A stretch of DNA of 54,083 nucleotides. Origin: Planctomycetota bacterium. Lineage in GTDB: Bacteria; Planctomycetota; Planctomycetia; Planctomycetales; Planctomycetaceae. The notes beneath the pieces are model-generated. The model was not told the origin of the DNA. It worked only from the letters and a program-made list of their open reading frames with translations, and made no database searches. Positions 9,153 to 19,200 of the stretch are shown piece after piece (the first letter of the stretch is position 1; each line of letters starts with the position of its first letter). Location of the stretch: contig QWOO01000029.1 of assembly GCA_003669615.1 (NCBI GenBank), forward strand, positions 1-54,083. The letters are read 5' to 3'. The position numbers and the translations under genes were made by a program.

Positions 9153-9240
9153 TTCGGCGCCGAAACTCGCGATCGGTTGAAAGTTCGGCGCCGCACACGT
9201 ATTCTGTCCTCGGTAGATCAGCGCCGACGAAGCGCCGAAC
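9153..9240. promoter_or_regulatory. Cluster of GGCGCCGA-type half-sites, including the perfect palindrome TTCGGCGCCGAA; candidate operator or UAS
   Basis: TTCGGCGCCGAA at 9153-9164. TTCGGCGCCG is repeated at 9184-9193, 31 bp later. AGCGCCGAcgaAGCGCCGAA at 9220-9239. All lie directly upstream of the activator start at 9260. Confidence 0.3.
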
Positions 9241-9259
9241 TGTAGATGCGGAGTCGATC

Positions 9260-12200
9260 ATGGTGTTCAGAACTGCAAACTCTCACGCCACTCGCGATTA
9301 TCGAGCGTTTGTAGCGACCTGCATTGGTTTGGTTGTGGCGTACTGCGTGACCGTGCTGTGGAACGTCGCCACATTTCCGGATGTTGGCCTTCGCTGCCTA
9401 CTTCCAGAAGGACCCGCGCCCGCAAGCGAAGTACGGCCTCCTGATTTGAAGGCTTTCGAAGCAGCTCGAGGATTGTTGTCGCGCGGTTTTGGTCAACTGG
9501 ATCCTCACGGAATATCTCGCGTCGCCCGTTCAAAAATGACCCAGGGGCTGGACGCTGGACTGCAGCTTTTGACTCTATCGTTTGGAAGAGAGACAGCGGG
9601 AGGCGCATACTCGGGAGGTCAGCGTGGCCGGAACCGAGCAAGTGTCAGCAGCCGGACCGTCGAAAATTACGTCGAGCGGCCCATTCCGTCCGCTGGCATT
9701 GAGATCTGGGAATGGATCCGATCGGATTCTGAGAAGGTTCAGCCGGCTCCGAAAGCGGGCGACCGTCTTGTCCGTCTGAATGGGCAACCGATTGGAACGT
9801 TCCTGGATTTTGTGTCGGCACTGGAATCTCTTCGATCCGCCAAGATTCCGCCTGGAGGTCAGTTGGCTCCCGGGTCGGATCCCAGTGAGTTAAAGGTTCC
9901 ACCGCTTGTGGAAGTTTATAACTCGGACGCTTCAGGGCCCGCGGAGCGATTTGTGGAGGTCGTGTTTCGCCGTCCAGGTTCCTCGCGACCGGACCTGGAG
10001 AACCGCGTTTACGTACCCATTCATCCAGTCAACGTGGCAGAAGTTTCGCTGACCATCTTTTGGTTCGTTTGTCAGCTTTCGATCCTTGCTGTTGCGATCA
10101 CATCTTATTGGTACCGTCCATTTGATCGGGTGGCTCAGAATTTTTGCCTGATGTGCTGCGCTTCTATGGGAGCGTTCGTCCCAGGTTTTCACTGGTGGAT
10201 CGTGTCTGACAATCCGCTGCTGAACATTCCCTTCATCGTTTGTGCGTCGATGTTGCCATCTTTGGTGCTGAATTTCTTTCTGGTATTTCCCAAAGAGCCG
10301 GAGTTCGTTCGAGGGCGACGTGGCTGGGTTTTCGGATCGGTCTTTGGGCTGGCCGGAATAATTTGCACAGCGTTGGTTGTGATTTACTGGGCCGCGTGGA
10401 GTTTGAATGGCAGCACCACTCTGAACATCTTTCAGAAGCTGGCCGTGGCGGCTCAGATCATCGTCTGGGGAGCCGCCTCATCAGTCGATTCTGTCGCGCA
10501 GTCGACCGCATTGCTTTCCCTGCTTCGATCGACGGTGCATCTGGCGATCGTGGTGGCATCGACCTACTTTACAGTCACAGTGGGGAAGCTGGCGGTGAGT
10601 CTGTTCCGCATCGACACGCCGCGAGAACGGCGTCAGGTGGTAACGATTCTGGGCGCAGCGCTGCTTTCCACAATACCTATCGGTTACACGTTGTTTCTGG
10701 CGTTTTTTCGTAAGGTGGAGTTCGCTCTCGGACACGCTCAGCTTCCGATGTTTCTGGCCAGTATGTTATTTATGGCCGCGTACTCGCACGGAATTTTTCG
10801 ACACCGGCTGATGCTGGCTGAAGAAGCAGAAGATCGCAGTCGACGCTACATCGTTATGTCGATCCTGGTATCCGGCGGCTTTGCGACGTTTCTTGCCATC
10901 GGAGGCGTGTTTGCGCATTCCTACAGTTTGCCACTGAACTCGACGACCACTCAACAGCTGTCGTTGTTCTTCATTCTGTTGCTGGCTGCCGGGCTGAGCC
11001 TTTGGGTCCGCGACCGATTGCAGGCTGCTGTCGACCGTCGCTTCTTCAGCGAAAAGTATCAGCTTGACCGAGCAATGCAGCAGCTGAACCGGTCGGCCGC
11101 TTATCTGGCAGAGCCTTCGGGAATGGCCGATATTACTTTGAAGACATGCCAGGACGTGATGGATGCTGCCTGGGCCATCATGTATGTGCGCGACGGACAT
11201 GGCGTGTTTCGTTTGATCGGGACTCGTGCAACGACGGCAGCTCCGGCACTGCTGCGTGCCGATCAGGTGCATTTGGAGACTCCCGGTGAAACCGTCGTGC
11301 ACCGCGTCCCATCGGCCAATCGTGAAGCCATGTCGCCGATGCAACAACTGCTGCATGATCTTCGCGCCGAGCTGCTGTGTGTGATGGAAGGCGAGGGCGG
11401 TGTTCATGGAGTGATTATTCTGGGCCGAAGTCGCGGCGGTGCCGTGTTCACAGCGGAGGACATTACGTTCCTCCACGCGATTGCTCAGATGAGCGTTCTG
11501 GCTTTGCACAGTTCACGCGCCAACCAGGCGATGGCGAAACTGGATGCGGAGCTCAAGATGAAGATGGACCGTATTGCCGAACAGCAGCGACAGATGGCTG
11601 CACTTCGCGCAGAACTCACATCACTGCAGGCGGATGCCGGTCAGTCGCCTGTCGTCGCTTCGGAGCAGGGTTTTGATCGGGAAGGCGTGCGAGGAAACAG
11701 TCCGGCGTTGCTGGAAGTGCTCGATCAGGTTCGCAAGGTGTCTCGCAGCACGTCGACCGTTCTGATTCGTGGTGAGAGTGGAACTGGCAAGGAATTGCTG
11801 GCTCGCGTGATTCATCGCAACAGCGAACGAGCGTCCGGTAATCTGGTCTGCGTCAACTGCGCGGCGCTGTCGCCATCATTGCTGGAAAGCGAATTATTCG
11901 GACATGTGAAAGGCGCCTTCACGGGGGCGCATGTGGATAAGGCCGGTCGCTTTCAGGCGGCTGATGGAGGCACTCTGTTTCTGGATGAGATCGGAGATAT
12001 CTCACAGGAGACTCAGGTCAAGCTGCTTCGCGTTTTGCAGGAGCGATGCTTTGAACCCGTGGGCAGCGACAAGACCGTGCATGTGGATGTCCGACTGGTG
12101 GCGGCGACCAATCGCAATCTGGAAGAGATGATAGCAAAAGGGCAGTTTCGAGCCGACTTGTTTTATCGTCTGAACGTCGTGGCTCTCACGTTGCCACCGT

Positions 12201-12694
12201 TAAGGGAACGTCAGGGCGATCTGGCCGAGTTGGTGTTCTTCTTCTTAAGCCGCGCGGCTCAGAAGACGAAGAAGCAGATCCGCCAGATCGATCCCGACGC
12301 GCTGGCCGCGCTGGAAGCTCATTCGTGGCCCGGCAATATTCGGGAGCTGGAGAACAATATTGAACGGGCTGTTGTTCTTGCTGACAGCGACATCGTCACG
12401 CTCGCCGATCTTCCGATTGAGTTGCGGCAGCCTCCGGGGACAGTGTCGGGAAGTTCGCCGAAGCGGACTTCAATGACATCGGCCACCACAGCAGTTGTCA
12501 AAAGTGTGGCTCGCAAAGTGTCGGACCCGGACGGATTTTCCTCACCCGCGATGGCGCGGGATGCCGCATCGGAAGAACATCAGCTTCGCGAAGCACTCCG
12601 CGTCGCCGGCGGCAACAAAGCCGTCGCCGCCCGCCAGTTGAAACTGCCCCGCAGCACCTTCTTCAGCAAGTGCAAAAAGTACGGGATTACATGA
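9260..12694 (+). CDS. Sigma-54-dependent Fis-family transcriptional activator with a large N-terminal membrane sensor region (TM, PDZ-like, polytopic TM block, GAF)
   Basis: AAA+ sigma-54 module: Walker A GESGTGKELLARVIH, GAFTGA loop (VKGAFTGAH), Walker B LFLDEIGD. C-terminal Fis-type HTH (GNKAVAARQLKLPRSTFFSKCKKYGI). Upstream are a PDZ-like GDRLVRLNGQPIGTFLDF, roughly ten hydrophobic segments and a GAF-like block. The start was moved to MVFRTANS (9260). Confidence 0.9.
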   Translation: MVFRTANSHATRDYRAFVATCIGLVVAYCVTVLWNVATFPDVGLRCLLPEGPAPASEVRPPDLKAFEAARGLLSRGFGQLDPHGISRVARSKMTQGLDAGLQLLTLSFGRETAGGAYSGGQRGRNRASVSSRTVENYVERPIPSAGIEIWEWIRSDSEKVQPAPKAGDRLVRLNGQPIGTFLDFVSALESLRSAKIPPGGQLAPGSDPSELKVPPLVEVYNSDASGPAERFVEVVFRRPGSSRPDLENRVYVPIHPVNVAEVSLTIFWFVCQLSILAVAITSYWYRPFDRVAQNFCLMCCASMGAFVPGFHWWIVSDNPLLNIPFIVCASMLPSLVLNFFLVFPKEPEFVRGRRGWVFGSVFGLAGIICTALVVIYWAAWSLNGSTTLNIFQKLAVAAQIIVWGAASSVDSVAQSTALLSLLRSTVHLAIVVASTYFTVTVGKLAVSLFRIDTPRERRQVVTILGAALLSTIPIGYTLFLAFFRKVEFALGHAQLPMFLASMLFMAAYSHGIFRHRLMLAEEAEDRSRRYIVMSILVSGGFATFLAIGGVFAHSYSLPLNSTTTQQLSLFFILLLAAGLSLWVRDRLQAAVDRRFFSEKYQLDRAMQQLNRSAAYLAEPSGMADITLKTCQDVMDAAWAIMYVRDGHGVFRLIGTRATTAAPALLRADQVHLETPGETVVHRVPSANREAMSPMQQLLHDLRAELLCVMEGEGGVHGVIILGRSRGGAVFTAEDITFLHAIAQMSVLALHSSRANQAMAKLDAELKMKMDRIAEQQRQMAALRAELTSLQADAGQSPVVASEQGFDREGVRGNSPALLEVLDQVRKVSRSTSTVLIRGESGTGKELLARVIHRNSERASGNLVCVNCAALSPSLLESELFGHVKGAFTGAHVDKAGRFQAADGGTLFLDEIGDISQETQVKLLRVLQERCFEPVGSDKTVHVDVRLVAATNRNLEEMIAKGQFRADLFYRLNVVALTLPPLRERQGDLAELVFFFLSRAAQKTKKQIRQIDPDALAALEAHSWPGNIRELENNIERAVVLADSDIVTLADLPIELRQPPGTVSGSSPKRTSMTSATTAVVKSVARKVSDPDGFSSPAMARDAASEEHQLREALRVAGGNKAVAARQLKLPRSTFFSKCKKYGIT

Positions 12695-12889
12695 GCGATT
12701 CAGTAGGTCCACTCTGCCGAGTGGACTTCGCGGCTCGCCGCGACCTGAGTGCAGGTTGACCAGCCATCGTCGATCGCTATTGATCTCACAGATCTGAGAT
12801 ACGTTGGCGTCGCAACGCAGAACGGATGTTCGTTCGTTTCAGCTCAGATCGAGAGCAAGTGAACGGACCATCAAACATGACGTTGCTCG

Positions 12890-13669
12890 TTAGTTCGAGC
12901 GGAAGAACTGGTCTTTGAAGTCGCGGAGTTGGCGCGAAGCAGGTATTGGTGCTTCGGGGACGAGCACAGGCAGTGGCTGCAGCGGCTGGTTGACCACCGA
13001 ACGAATGATCTTCTGAGAATGAACAAGACGCACAGTCGCCGTCTCGCGATCGAACTCCCGAAGGAGGCGTTCCGATGGGACGAAGACTCCGTCTGTTTCG
13101 GAGTACGATTGCAGCAGGTCATCACAGACATCCGTTTTGCCATTCGGGAGGACTATGACCCTGCTCTGATGAATTACGTTGTTGCCATGGAGTTCGGAAA
13201 TGATTTGCGAAACGAGCAGCTTGTTGTTGCCTCGGAATACACTCTCAATCTTCCAAAGCCCGCTTTTTCGATCGACGGCCCGATAAGCGAGTATGAAACG
13301 TCGAGATTCGGGGATGTGCTCCCGGCGAAAGTACAGAAGGCTGTCTTCCATATCCTTCCAGTGGAGTACGTTTTGTCGCCCAAAGAAGAAGGGGGTGTAG
13401 AAAACGGCGTCCTCGCGAAAGAGCGGCTCCTCGTCGACTTTCAATAATTCTGGTTTGACGGAAGCGCTCTTTACGGCGCCGCCTTTGGATGTCTGAACTT
13501 CCCATTCGAAGCGGACAAGATGCGATCTCTCCTTCATTTGGCGGTCAAGCTGATCAACGATCAGTTCTCTACATTCACCACTCCAGGTCCTGATCTTTGA
13601 ATAATTGGCTTCCATTCCACGCATGGCGGTTTCATAGGCCTCTTCGAGTGAGACAGGCTCCCATTGCAT
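12890..13669 (-). CDS. Conserved-looking hypothetical protein (no domain recognised)
   Basis: Clean 259-aa ORF with coding-like composition. It has no signal peptide at the tracked start, and an in-frame stop lies immediately upstream. See 13632-13916 for a possible N-terminal continuation in another frame. Confidence 0.65.
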   Translation of the reverse strand: MQWEPVSLEEAYETAMRGMEANYSKIRTWSGECRELIVDQLDRQMKERSHLVRFEWEVQTSKGGAVKSASVKPELLKVDEEPLFREDAVFYTPFFFGRQNVLHWKDMEDSLLYFRREHIPESRRFILAYRAVDRKSGLWKIESVFRGNNKLLVSQIISELHGNNVIHQSRVIVLPNGKTDVCDDLLQSYSETDGVFVPSERLLREFDRETATVRLVHSQKIIRSVVNQPLQPLPVLVPEAPIPASRQLRDFKDQFFRSN

Positions 13670-13916
13670 TTCTGGAACTGGGGGTCATCGTCGTGTACTG
13701 CAATCCGGAGATGTTCTTTCGCACTGCATTACGATCATGTTCCACGCCGAGGAGTTTGAGAAGAGCCTCCTTTGGTGGCACATACCGAGTTGGCTTCTCG
13801 ACGCTGGGGCTTGATTCGTCACTTTCGGATAATGCGATCATTTGCTCAGTGTTGGCGGTGTTGTCTCCCGCAATACCGTCAGGGATTTCGGACTCTGCGA
13901 TCGAATCCCTGGACAA
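13632..13916 (-). CDS. Acidic hypothetical ORF; possibly the displaced N-terminal part of the 12890-13669 gene
   Basis: It exactly fills the gap between the DMT gene stop (13965) and the MQWEP start (13669). It joins the downstream frame if the G5 run at 13680-13684 is read as G4, giving ...ISGLQYTTMTPVPEMQWEPVS.... Confidence 0.4.
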   Translation of the reverse strand: MSRDSIAESEIPDGIAGDNTANTEQMIALSESDESSPSVEKPTRYVPPKEALLKLLGVEHDRNAVRKNISGLQYTTMTPSSRNAMGACLTRRGL

Positions 13917-13964
13917 GCTCCGAGCCTGTGCCCCAAATCGCCGAACCGCCGTTGGTCAGCAGAA

Positions 13965-15041
13965 TCAGCGTCGATCCAGAACCAGCAGGCCGGCGATGGT
14001 GAGGCCGATCCCGGCGAGGCCGATGGGGGAGAGAGTTTCGCCGAAGACCAGTACTGCACCGACGGCGCACATGGCATTCTGCGAGGCGTTGATGACGTTC
14101 GCACGGCTGACAGTCAGATGCCGCATGGCGTGTGTGATGGCGTAAAAGCCGATCGCGTTAAATGTTCCGGCCGTCGCAATCGTAAGCCACTCGGTCGAAG
14201 TCGTGTCGGCGATTGTTTGAAGAGGCAGGATCAGCAGGCTCAATGGACACAGCAGCAGAAACCCGGCGGCACTGAACAGGAACAGCGTCGCAGCCACCGG
14301 CATGTGGGAGCGGACCGCTTTGCGAATGAACACGCCAGTTACGCCGTAGCAGAGTCCGGAAAACATAGACAGAGCAACGCCCACAGGAACGCTCATGGGC
14401 TGCGAAGTTGAAGAAGTGTTGGCAGGTTGCGAATCGCCAGTCGTCGTCGGCAAGATTACAGCTTGGGAAGCCAACGTCGGCACATCGGCCGTGCGTGATT
14501 TGGCCGCGGTCGACAGAAAGAAAATCGAAGCGATCATCAGAGCCATGCTGATCCCCGTACGAACGGATACCTGGTCATTCAGAAGGATTCTTCCGACGAT
14601 CGCACCGCTGCAGATGATGGACGAAAAGCAGATCGGGACGGAAATGGCCAGGCCGAGCGATCGAAGCGACATTTGAAAAGCGAAGTTACCGCCCATCTGA
14701 TTGAACAATGCGGCGACGGCGATTGGCCAGACAAATTCCCAGGCAGCAAACGTCGGCTGACCCTTCACCTTTCTTATCACCAGCAGTGCCACAGCAACGG
14801 CGAATGTCGGAAATGCTTTGGTACCCGCGACCCACATGTCCCAGCCCGGTCCGCCATCCGTTTTCGAAAGACCACGCAGCGCCATATTGGCCACGGAGTA
14901 AGTCACGGCGGCCAGAAGACCCAGCAGCAAAGAGCGAACAATCACCGCGCGGGCCGGGCCGTCGGCGACCGGCTGAGTGAGCTCATTGTATGAAGCCGCA
15001 TCTATAGCTTTGGCGGCGGAAGAGGGCGAATTACCAGACAT
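13965..15041 (-). CDS. DMT-superfamily (EamA-like) transporter
   Basis: Ten-TM-like hydrophobic pattern in two halves separated by a polar Ser/Thr-rich linker, with EamA-like repeats. Start chosen at MSGNSPSS (15041). Confidence 0.8.
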   Translation of the reverse strand: MSGNSPSSAAKAIDAASYNELTQPVADGPARAVIVRSLLLGLLAAVTYSVANMALRGLSKTDGGPGWDMWVAGTKAFPTFAVAVALLVIRKVKGQPTFAAWEFVWPIAVAALFNQMGGNFAFQMSLRSLGLAISVPICFSSIICSGAIVGRILLNDQVSVRTGISMALMIASIFFLSTAAKSRTADVPTLASQAVILPTTTGDSQPANTSSTSQPMSVPVGVALSMFSGLCYGVTGVFIRKAVRSHMPVAATLFLFSAAGFLLLCPLSLLILPLQTIADTTSTEWLTIATAGTFNAIGFYAITHAMRHLTVSRANVINASQNAMCAVGAVLVFGETLSPIGLAGIGLTIAGLLVLDRR

Positions 15042-15410
15042 ATCGACCGTGTCGAACCTAAGCAATTTGAGAGGAGGAAAGGGCCGGAGCTGTATTCTCG
15101 CGTGGCAAATCATAGGCAGGAAGTGCTAAGCCGCGATAACACTTCTCCTCTTTTCATAGCTTTCTCAGATGTCCGGCGGAAAACGCGGTGTTCCACGATC
15201 GGGAATCAAGGTGTGCAGCAGTTTCTCAACATGTAGACGTGCTCGACGTGCTGTAGGCCCTCAGTGATGTTGCGCGTCGACTCACCAGCGAGGTGATTGA
15301 GTAGGCCTTTCACGCCGGTTCAGCTGGCCCGCAAAGTTCAGGAGCTGCTCCACTCCAGGTCAGTGGGCTCGGAAGGTTCATAAGCAACGAGAGTCGCTCG
15401 GCACCTGATG

Positions 15411-15443
15411 CAAAAGAAAAGCCCGACGTTTAACGGTCGGGCT
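15411..15443 (-). terminator. Rho-independent terminator of mdh
   Basis: 8-bp stem AGCCCGAC/GTCGGGCT (15420-15427 / 15436-15443). On the minus strand it is followed by TTTTCTTTTG (15411-15420), 50 nt downstream of the mdh stop. Confidence 0.6.
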
Positions 15444-15492
15444 TCAGAGAAGTCACAGATGCTGCTTTCGAATGGCAGCAACTGGCAGACGG

Positions 15493-16482
15493 TTAGCTCA
15501 ACAGGTCTTTCACGCACTCACGTTCTTCGCGTAGTTCGTTGATCGTGATGTCAATTTTTGACTGAGCGAATTCGCTGTGTGTCTGGCCTTTGACAATAGA
15601 AACCTGCTTGCCGTCGCTGATCAGCGGGAAGCCGGTAATCAGGCCTGCGTCAATACCGTAGCTGCCATCACTGCAGATCGCCGCGCTGAAGCAGCTTCCG
15701 GCAGGCGTTGGACGAATCACACCCTTCACAGTATCCAGAACCGCATTGGCTGCTGAAGCCGCGCTGGAGGCCCCGCGAGCGGCGATAACAGCAGCTCCTC
15801 GCTTCTGAACGGTTGAAATGAAATCGCCTTTCAGCCATTCGTGGTCGGTGATCACTTCCGTCGCCGGCTTGCCGTTGATCTTTGCATGGAAGAAGTCGGG
15901 ATACTGGGTGGCCGAGTGATTGCCCCAGATACCGACGTTGGTCACGGCTGCATTCGGAACGCCGGCCTTCTGGGCCAGCTGAGATGTCGCACGATTCTGG
16001 TCGAGCATTGTCATGGCAAACCATCGATCGGCAGGAACACCCTTCGCGTTGTTCATGGCGATCAGGCAGTTAGTGTTGCAGGGATTGCCCACAACCAGAA
16101 CTCGCACGTCAGGAGCGGCGGCTGCAGCGATCGCGCGGCCGGTGCTGGTGAAGATCGGCCCATTGATGCGGATCAGGTCACCGCGTTCCATACCGGCTTT
16201 GCGAGGCACGCTGCCGACGCACAGAACCCAGTTGCAGTCGCGGAAGCCATCTTCCAGATGATCGCTGTCCGCTTTCACAACGCCAGCGAGCGTAGGAAAC
16301 GCGCAGTCGTCGAGTTCCATATGCACGCCGTCGAGTGCTTTCAGAACAGGCGGCACTTCGACCAGATGCAGAATCACGGGCTGGTTTGGCCCGAAGACCT
16401 CACCAGATGCAATGCGATAAATCAGTGAATAACCAATCTGGCCAGCTGCACCTGTCACGGCAACACGAATCGGAGACACCAT
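15493..16482 (-). CDS. mdh: NAD-dependent malate dehydrogenase (Thermus/cytosolic-type MDH)
   Basis: [36 protein letters not shown] and [12 protein letters not shown]. Start chosen at MVSPIRV (16482), giving 329 aa. Confidence 0.95.
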   Translation of the reverse strand: MVSPIRVAVTGAAGQIGYSLIYRIASGEVFGPNQPVILHLVEVPPVLKALDGVHMELDDCAFPTLAGVVKADSDHLEDGFRDCNWVLCVGSVPRKAGMERGDLIRINGPIFTSTGRAIAAAAAPDVRVLVVGNPCNTNCLIAMNNAKGVPADRWFAMTMLDQNRATSQLAQKAGVPNAAVTNVGIWGNHSATQYPDFFHAKINGKPATEVITDHEWLKGDFISTVQKRGAAVIAARGASSAASAANAVLDTVKGVIRPTPAGSCFSAAICSDGSYGIDAGLITGFPLISDGKQVSIVKGQTHSEFAQSKIDITINELREERECVKDLLS

Positions 16483-16889
16483 GGACGAACGACCTTTCTC
16501 AACAAACACCAAAGTCACCCAGGTCATCAAAACGCTTGTGATGACGACAACATTCGACTCACGCAGTGTAGTGTCGGCGGTATGGGGATTTCAAAACAGC
16601 GAACACGCGATCTGACTCCACCGTTTCAGAATAGAGAAAAAAGGTGTTTTGGTGCCTTGTTCTTAAGGTCCACGAGTTCCTGGAAAACAGAAAGGTTGGG
16701 CACGACAGGCTGTGTCTGCGGACAACGTGTTTTTTGAGGCGGACTTATTCGAGGCGGGTTTTCCGTGAATGGAAAGATTCGTGAACCTCACTCAATCTTA
16801 ACTTGAAGCGGGAAAACTTCTGAGAACTGTTTTTGTGAGCTGGTCGCAAATGGCATGCACCGGCCATAAACAATTTTGCAGGAGAAGTA

Positions 16890-17828
16890 ATGATGCCTGT
16901 TCGTAAGCGTGGTTTTACTCTCATCGAATTGCTTGTGGTGATCGCGATCATTGCAATTCTGATCTCTCTTCTGCTGCCTGCCGTTCAGCAGGCCCGCGAA
17001 GCCGCCAGAAGAACGCAGTGCAAGAATAACCTGAAGCAGTTGGGTCTGGCGATGCACAACTATCACGACACCGTCAACGTGTTTCCGTGGGGATGGGATG
17101 CTCGCGAAACACTTTGGTCTGCCATGATCCTGCCGCAAATCGAACAGGCAAATCTTTACAACACACTAGTCTGGCAGGAGTCAGGTGCTGGCAACTGGGA
17201 CGCTGTGGGCTCTCCGAACACCAAGGCTTGTGGCACCATTATCGAAGCTTTCCGCTGCCCGTCGATGCCACTGCCACCACGGGACAACGAAGACATTCCC
17301 GGGCGAGTTCCTGTCAGCTATCGAGCCTGTGGCGGTTCCATGATTTCTTCCGACGATGCTTCCACTCGTCCAGCGGGCTTCAACACACCGGCATTTCTTT
17401 CGCTTGAGCAAAATAATCTCGACGGAATGTTCTTCGGGTGCAGCAACATCCGAATGCGAGACATTACAGATGGTACATCCAACACCATCCTGATCGGCGA
17501 ATCACGGACCTCTTTATACGTAAAAGATGGTCAGCAAATGGACTATTGGCAGTTTGGTTCACCTCAAACAGGCAATTGGAACATCAATGGTGCTGGCGGT
17601 ACAGAGTACTCGGAAGGTGTGGGATCGTGCGTCGTAAAACCTAACGCAAACCTCGATCTCACAATCCATGGGGCCCTGATGGAAATGGCTTTCGGCAGCT
17701 ATCACGTCGGCGGAGCACAATACACCCTGGCGGACGGATCTGTCCGGTTCATTTCAGAAAATGTCGACCTCAATCTTTACCGAGCCCTTGGGACTCGTGC
17801 GGGTGGTGAAGTTACCGGAGAATTCTGA
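16890..17828 (+). CDS. DUF1559 protein with a prepilin-type N-terminal cleavage/methylation domain (H-X9-DG family)
   Basis: RGFTLIELLVVIAIIAILISLLLPAVQQAREAARRTQCKNNLKQLGLAMHNYHD. C-terminal H-X9-DG motif = HVGGAQYTLADG. Confidence 0.9.
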   Translation: MMPVRKRGFTLIELLVVIAIIAILISLLLPAVQQAREAARRTQCKNNLKQLGLAMHNYHDTVNVFPWGWDARETLWSAMILPQIEQANLYNTLVWQESGAGNWDAVGSPNTKACGTIIEAFRCPSMPLPPRDNEDIPGRVPVSYRACGGSMISSDDASTRPAGFNTPAFLSLEQNNLDGMFFGCSNIRMRDITDGTSNTILIGESRTSLYVKDGQQMDYWQFGSPQTGNWNINGAGGTEYSEGVGSCVVKPNANLDLTIHGALMEMAFGSYHVGGAQYTLADGSVRFISENVDLNLYRALGTRAGGEVTGEF

Positions 17829-17929
17829 TCCTGGTGACGCATAAACTTGAGTCTCCTGACGCTCGGCATCTCATCGATTACCGAGCGTCTTTTTCGCAAC
17901 ATCCATTCCAACGAGCACATCCTTAATTT

Positions 17930-18430
17930 ATGTTCAATATGAATTCTCTCTCGTTCCGTCTTTCGATCCTGAGTCTCTTTGTGGCCTGCGGCTGCAGTGC
18001 CACCAATGAGATTGACTATGGAAAGGTCGATCTTGTCTCTGTCGGCGGCAATATCATGCTCGACGGGAAGCCACTGCCATCAGCGGTGATTACGTTTGAG
18101 GATCCGGCGACCGGCACATTCTCGTTCGCTCGAACGGATGCGAATGGAGATTATACCCTGCAGTTTGACAGTCAGAAAAATGGCGTCCTTGCAGGGAAGA
18201 AGACGGTTCAGATCAGCACAGTCCGCACGGTACTCGGTCTCGCTGGTGAAGAAGGCGTAGAAGAAGGCGAAGCCTCCACCGAAGGTGCCGAAAGTGTTGC
18301 CGTGTCAAAGACCGAAGCAGTGCCTGCCTGCTACAACAAAGATTCCAAACTGACGGTTGAAGTGACGTGGTCAACGGCGACAATTAATTTCGACCTGAAA
18401 TCGGACTGTTCAACCACAGGACCGAACTGA
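17930..18430 (+). CDS. Lipoprotein with a carboxypeptidase-regulatory-like beta-sandwich (usual partner of DUF1559 genes)
   Basis: Signal peptide with lipobox LFVACGC. GNIMLDGKPLPSAVITFEDPATGTFSFARTDANGDYTLQ is CarboxypepD_reg-like. Confidence 0.75.
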   Translation: MFNMNSLSFRLSILSLFVACGCSATNEIDYGKVDLVSVGGNIMLDGKPLPSAVITFEDPATGTFSFARTDANGDYTLQFDSQKNGVLAGKKTVQISTVRTVLGLAGEEGVEEGEASTEGAESVAVSKTEAVPACYNKDSKLTVEVTWSTATINFDLKSDCSTTGPN

Positions 18431-18435
18431 CGAAC

Positions 18436-18765
18436 GTGTGGTACGCATTGATGCATGCCTCCCAGTTGCTGACCTGGACCGGCGTGGGAATCGTGGCACC
18501 GATTGTGATGTGGCTGCTCAGCAAGGACGAATCACGGGACGCCAATCGGCACGGGCTGGTGATCGTGAACTGGATGCTCAGCAGTCTGGTTTACCTCGTG
18601 ATTTCTGGACTGGCCTGCATGATCGTGATCGGAATTCCAATGCTGTTTGTGTTGGCCGGCCTGAACATTCTGTTTCCGGTCATTGGCGCGATTCAGGCCA
18701 GTCGCGGCACACTTTGGCGTTACCCGCTGACGATTCATTTCTTCAATCCCGAGCCGATTCGCTGA
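18436..18765 (+). CDS. DUF4870-like small membrane protein
   Basis: WYALMHASQLLTWTGVGIVAPIVMWLLSKDESRDANRHGLVIVNWMLSSLVY matches the DUF4870 pattern, and there are 3 TM helices. Confidence 0.7.
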   Translation: MWYALMHASQLLTWTGVGIVAPIVMWLLSKDESRDANRHGLVIVNWMLSSLVYLVISGLACMIVIGIPMLFVLAGLNILFPVIGAIQASRGTLWRYPLTIHFFNPEPIR

Positions 18766-19200
18766 TCGGTGCGAGGGCGCGGCATGGGGCGATTCAAGTA
18801 TTTTGGGGGTCCGAGCGGGCATCCCTGTTTTGAGCTGCAGGGTGGAACTTCTGTGCGAAGCCAGCCCATTTGCTCAAAAAAACGGGCATTATGGGGGCTT
18901 GCAGGACGTTCTTCCGCACTTCGCCTAAATTCTTCGGTCCGCGCAGTATTGATGGAGACCGCTTGTTAAACTGTTTCGCTCGGAAAACCGACAAACTCGT
19001 GGGGACGAGATTGTCGGGAAACTGATCTGCAGCGTACTGCCGGTCAGAATTCTGTTGTTTGAAGCGGCTGGGTCCCGTTTCGTAACCGTGCTGATTCTTT
19101 ATTCGATCCTGTTTTGCAGTATGAGCTGCACGGATTGAATGAGATGGGCGCGGGCATGAGCATGGCCAGACCGCTCTTCGTTCAGATAGAGCTTTTCTGC

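Noticed and set aside
8954-9259. Upstream 102-codon extension of the sigma-54 activator ORF
   Set aside because: The extension is Arg-rich and non-coding-like, and it contains the palindromic repeat cluster. The hydrophobic N-terminal helix of the protein begins right after the Met at 9260.
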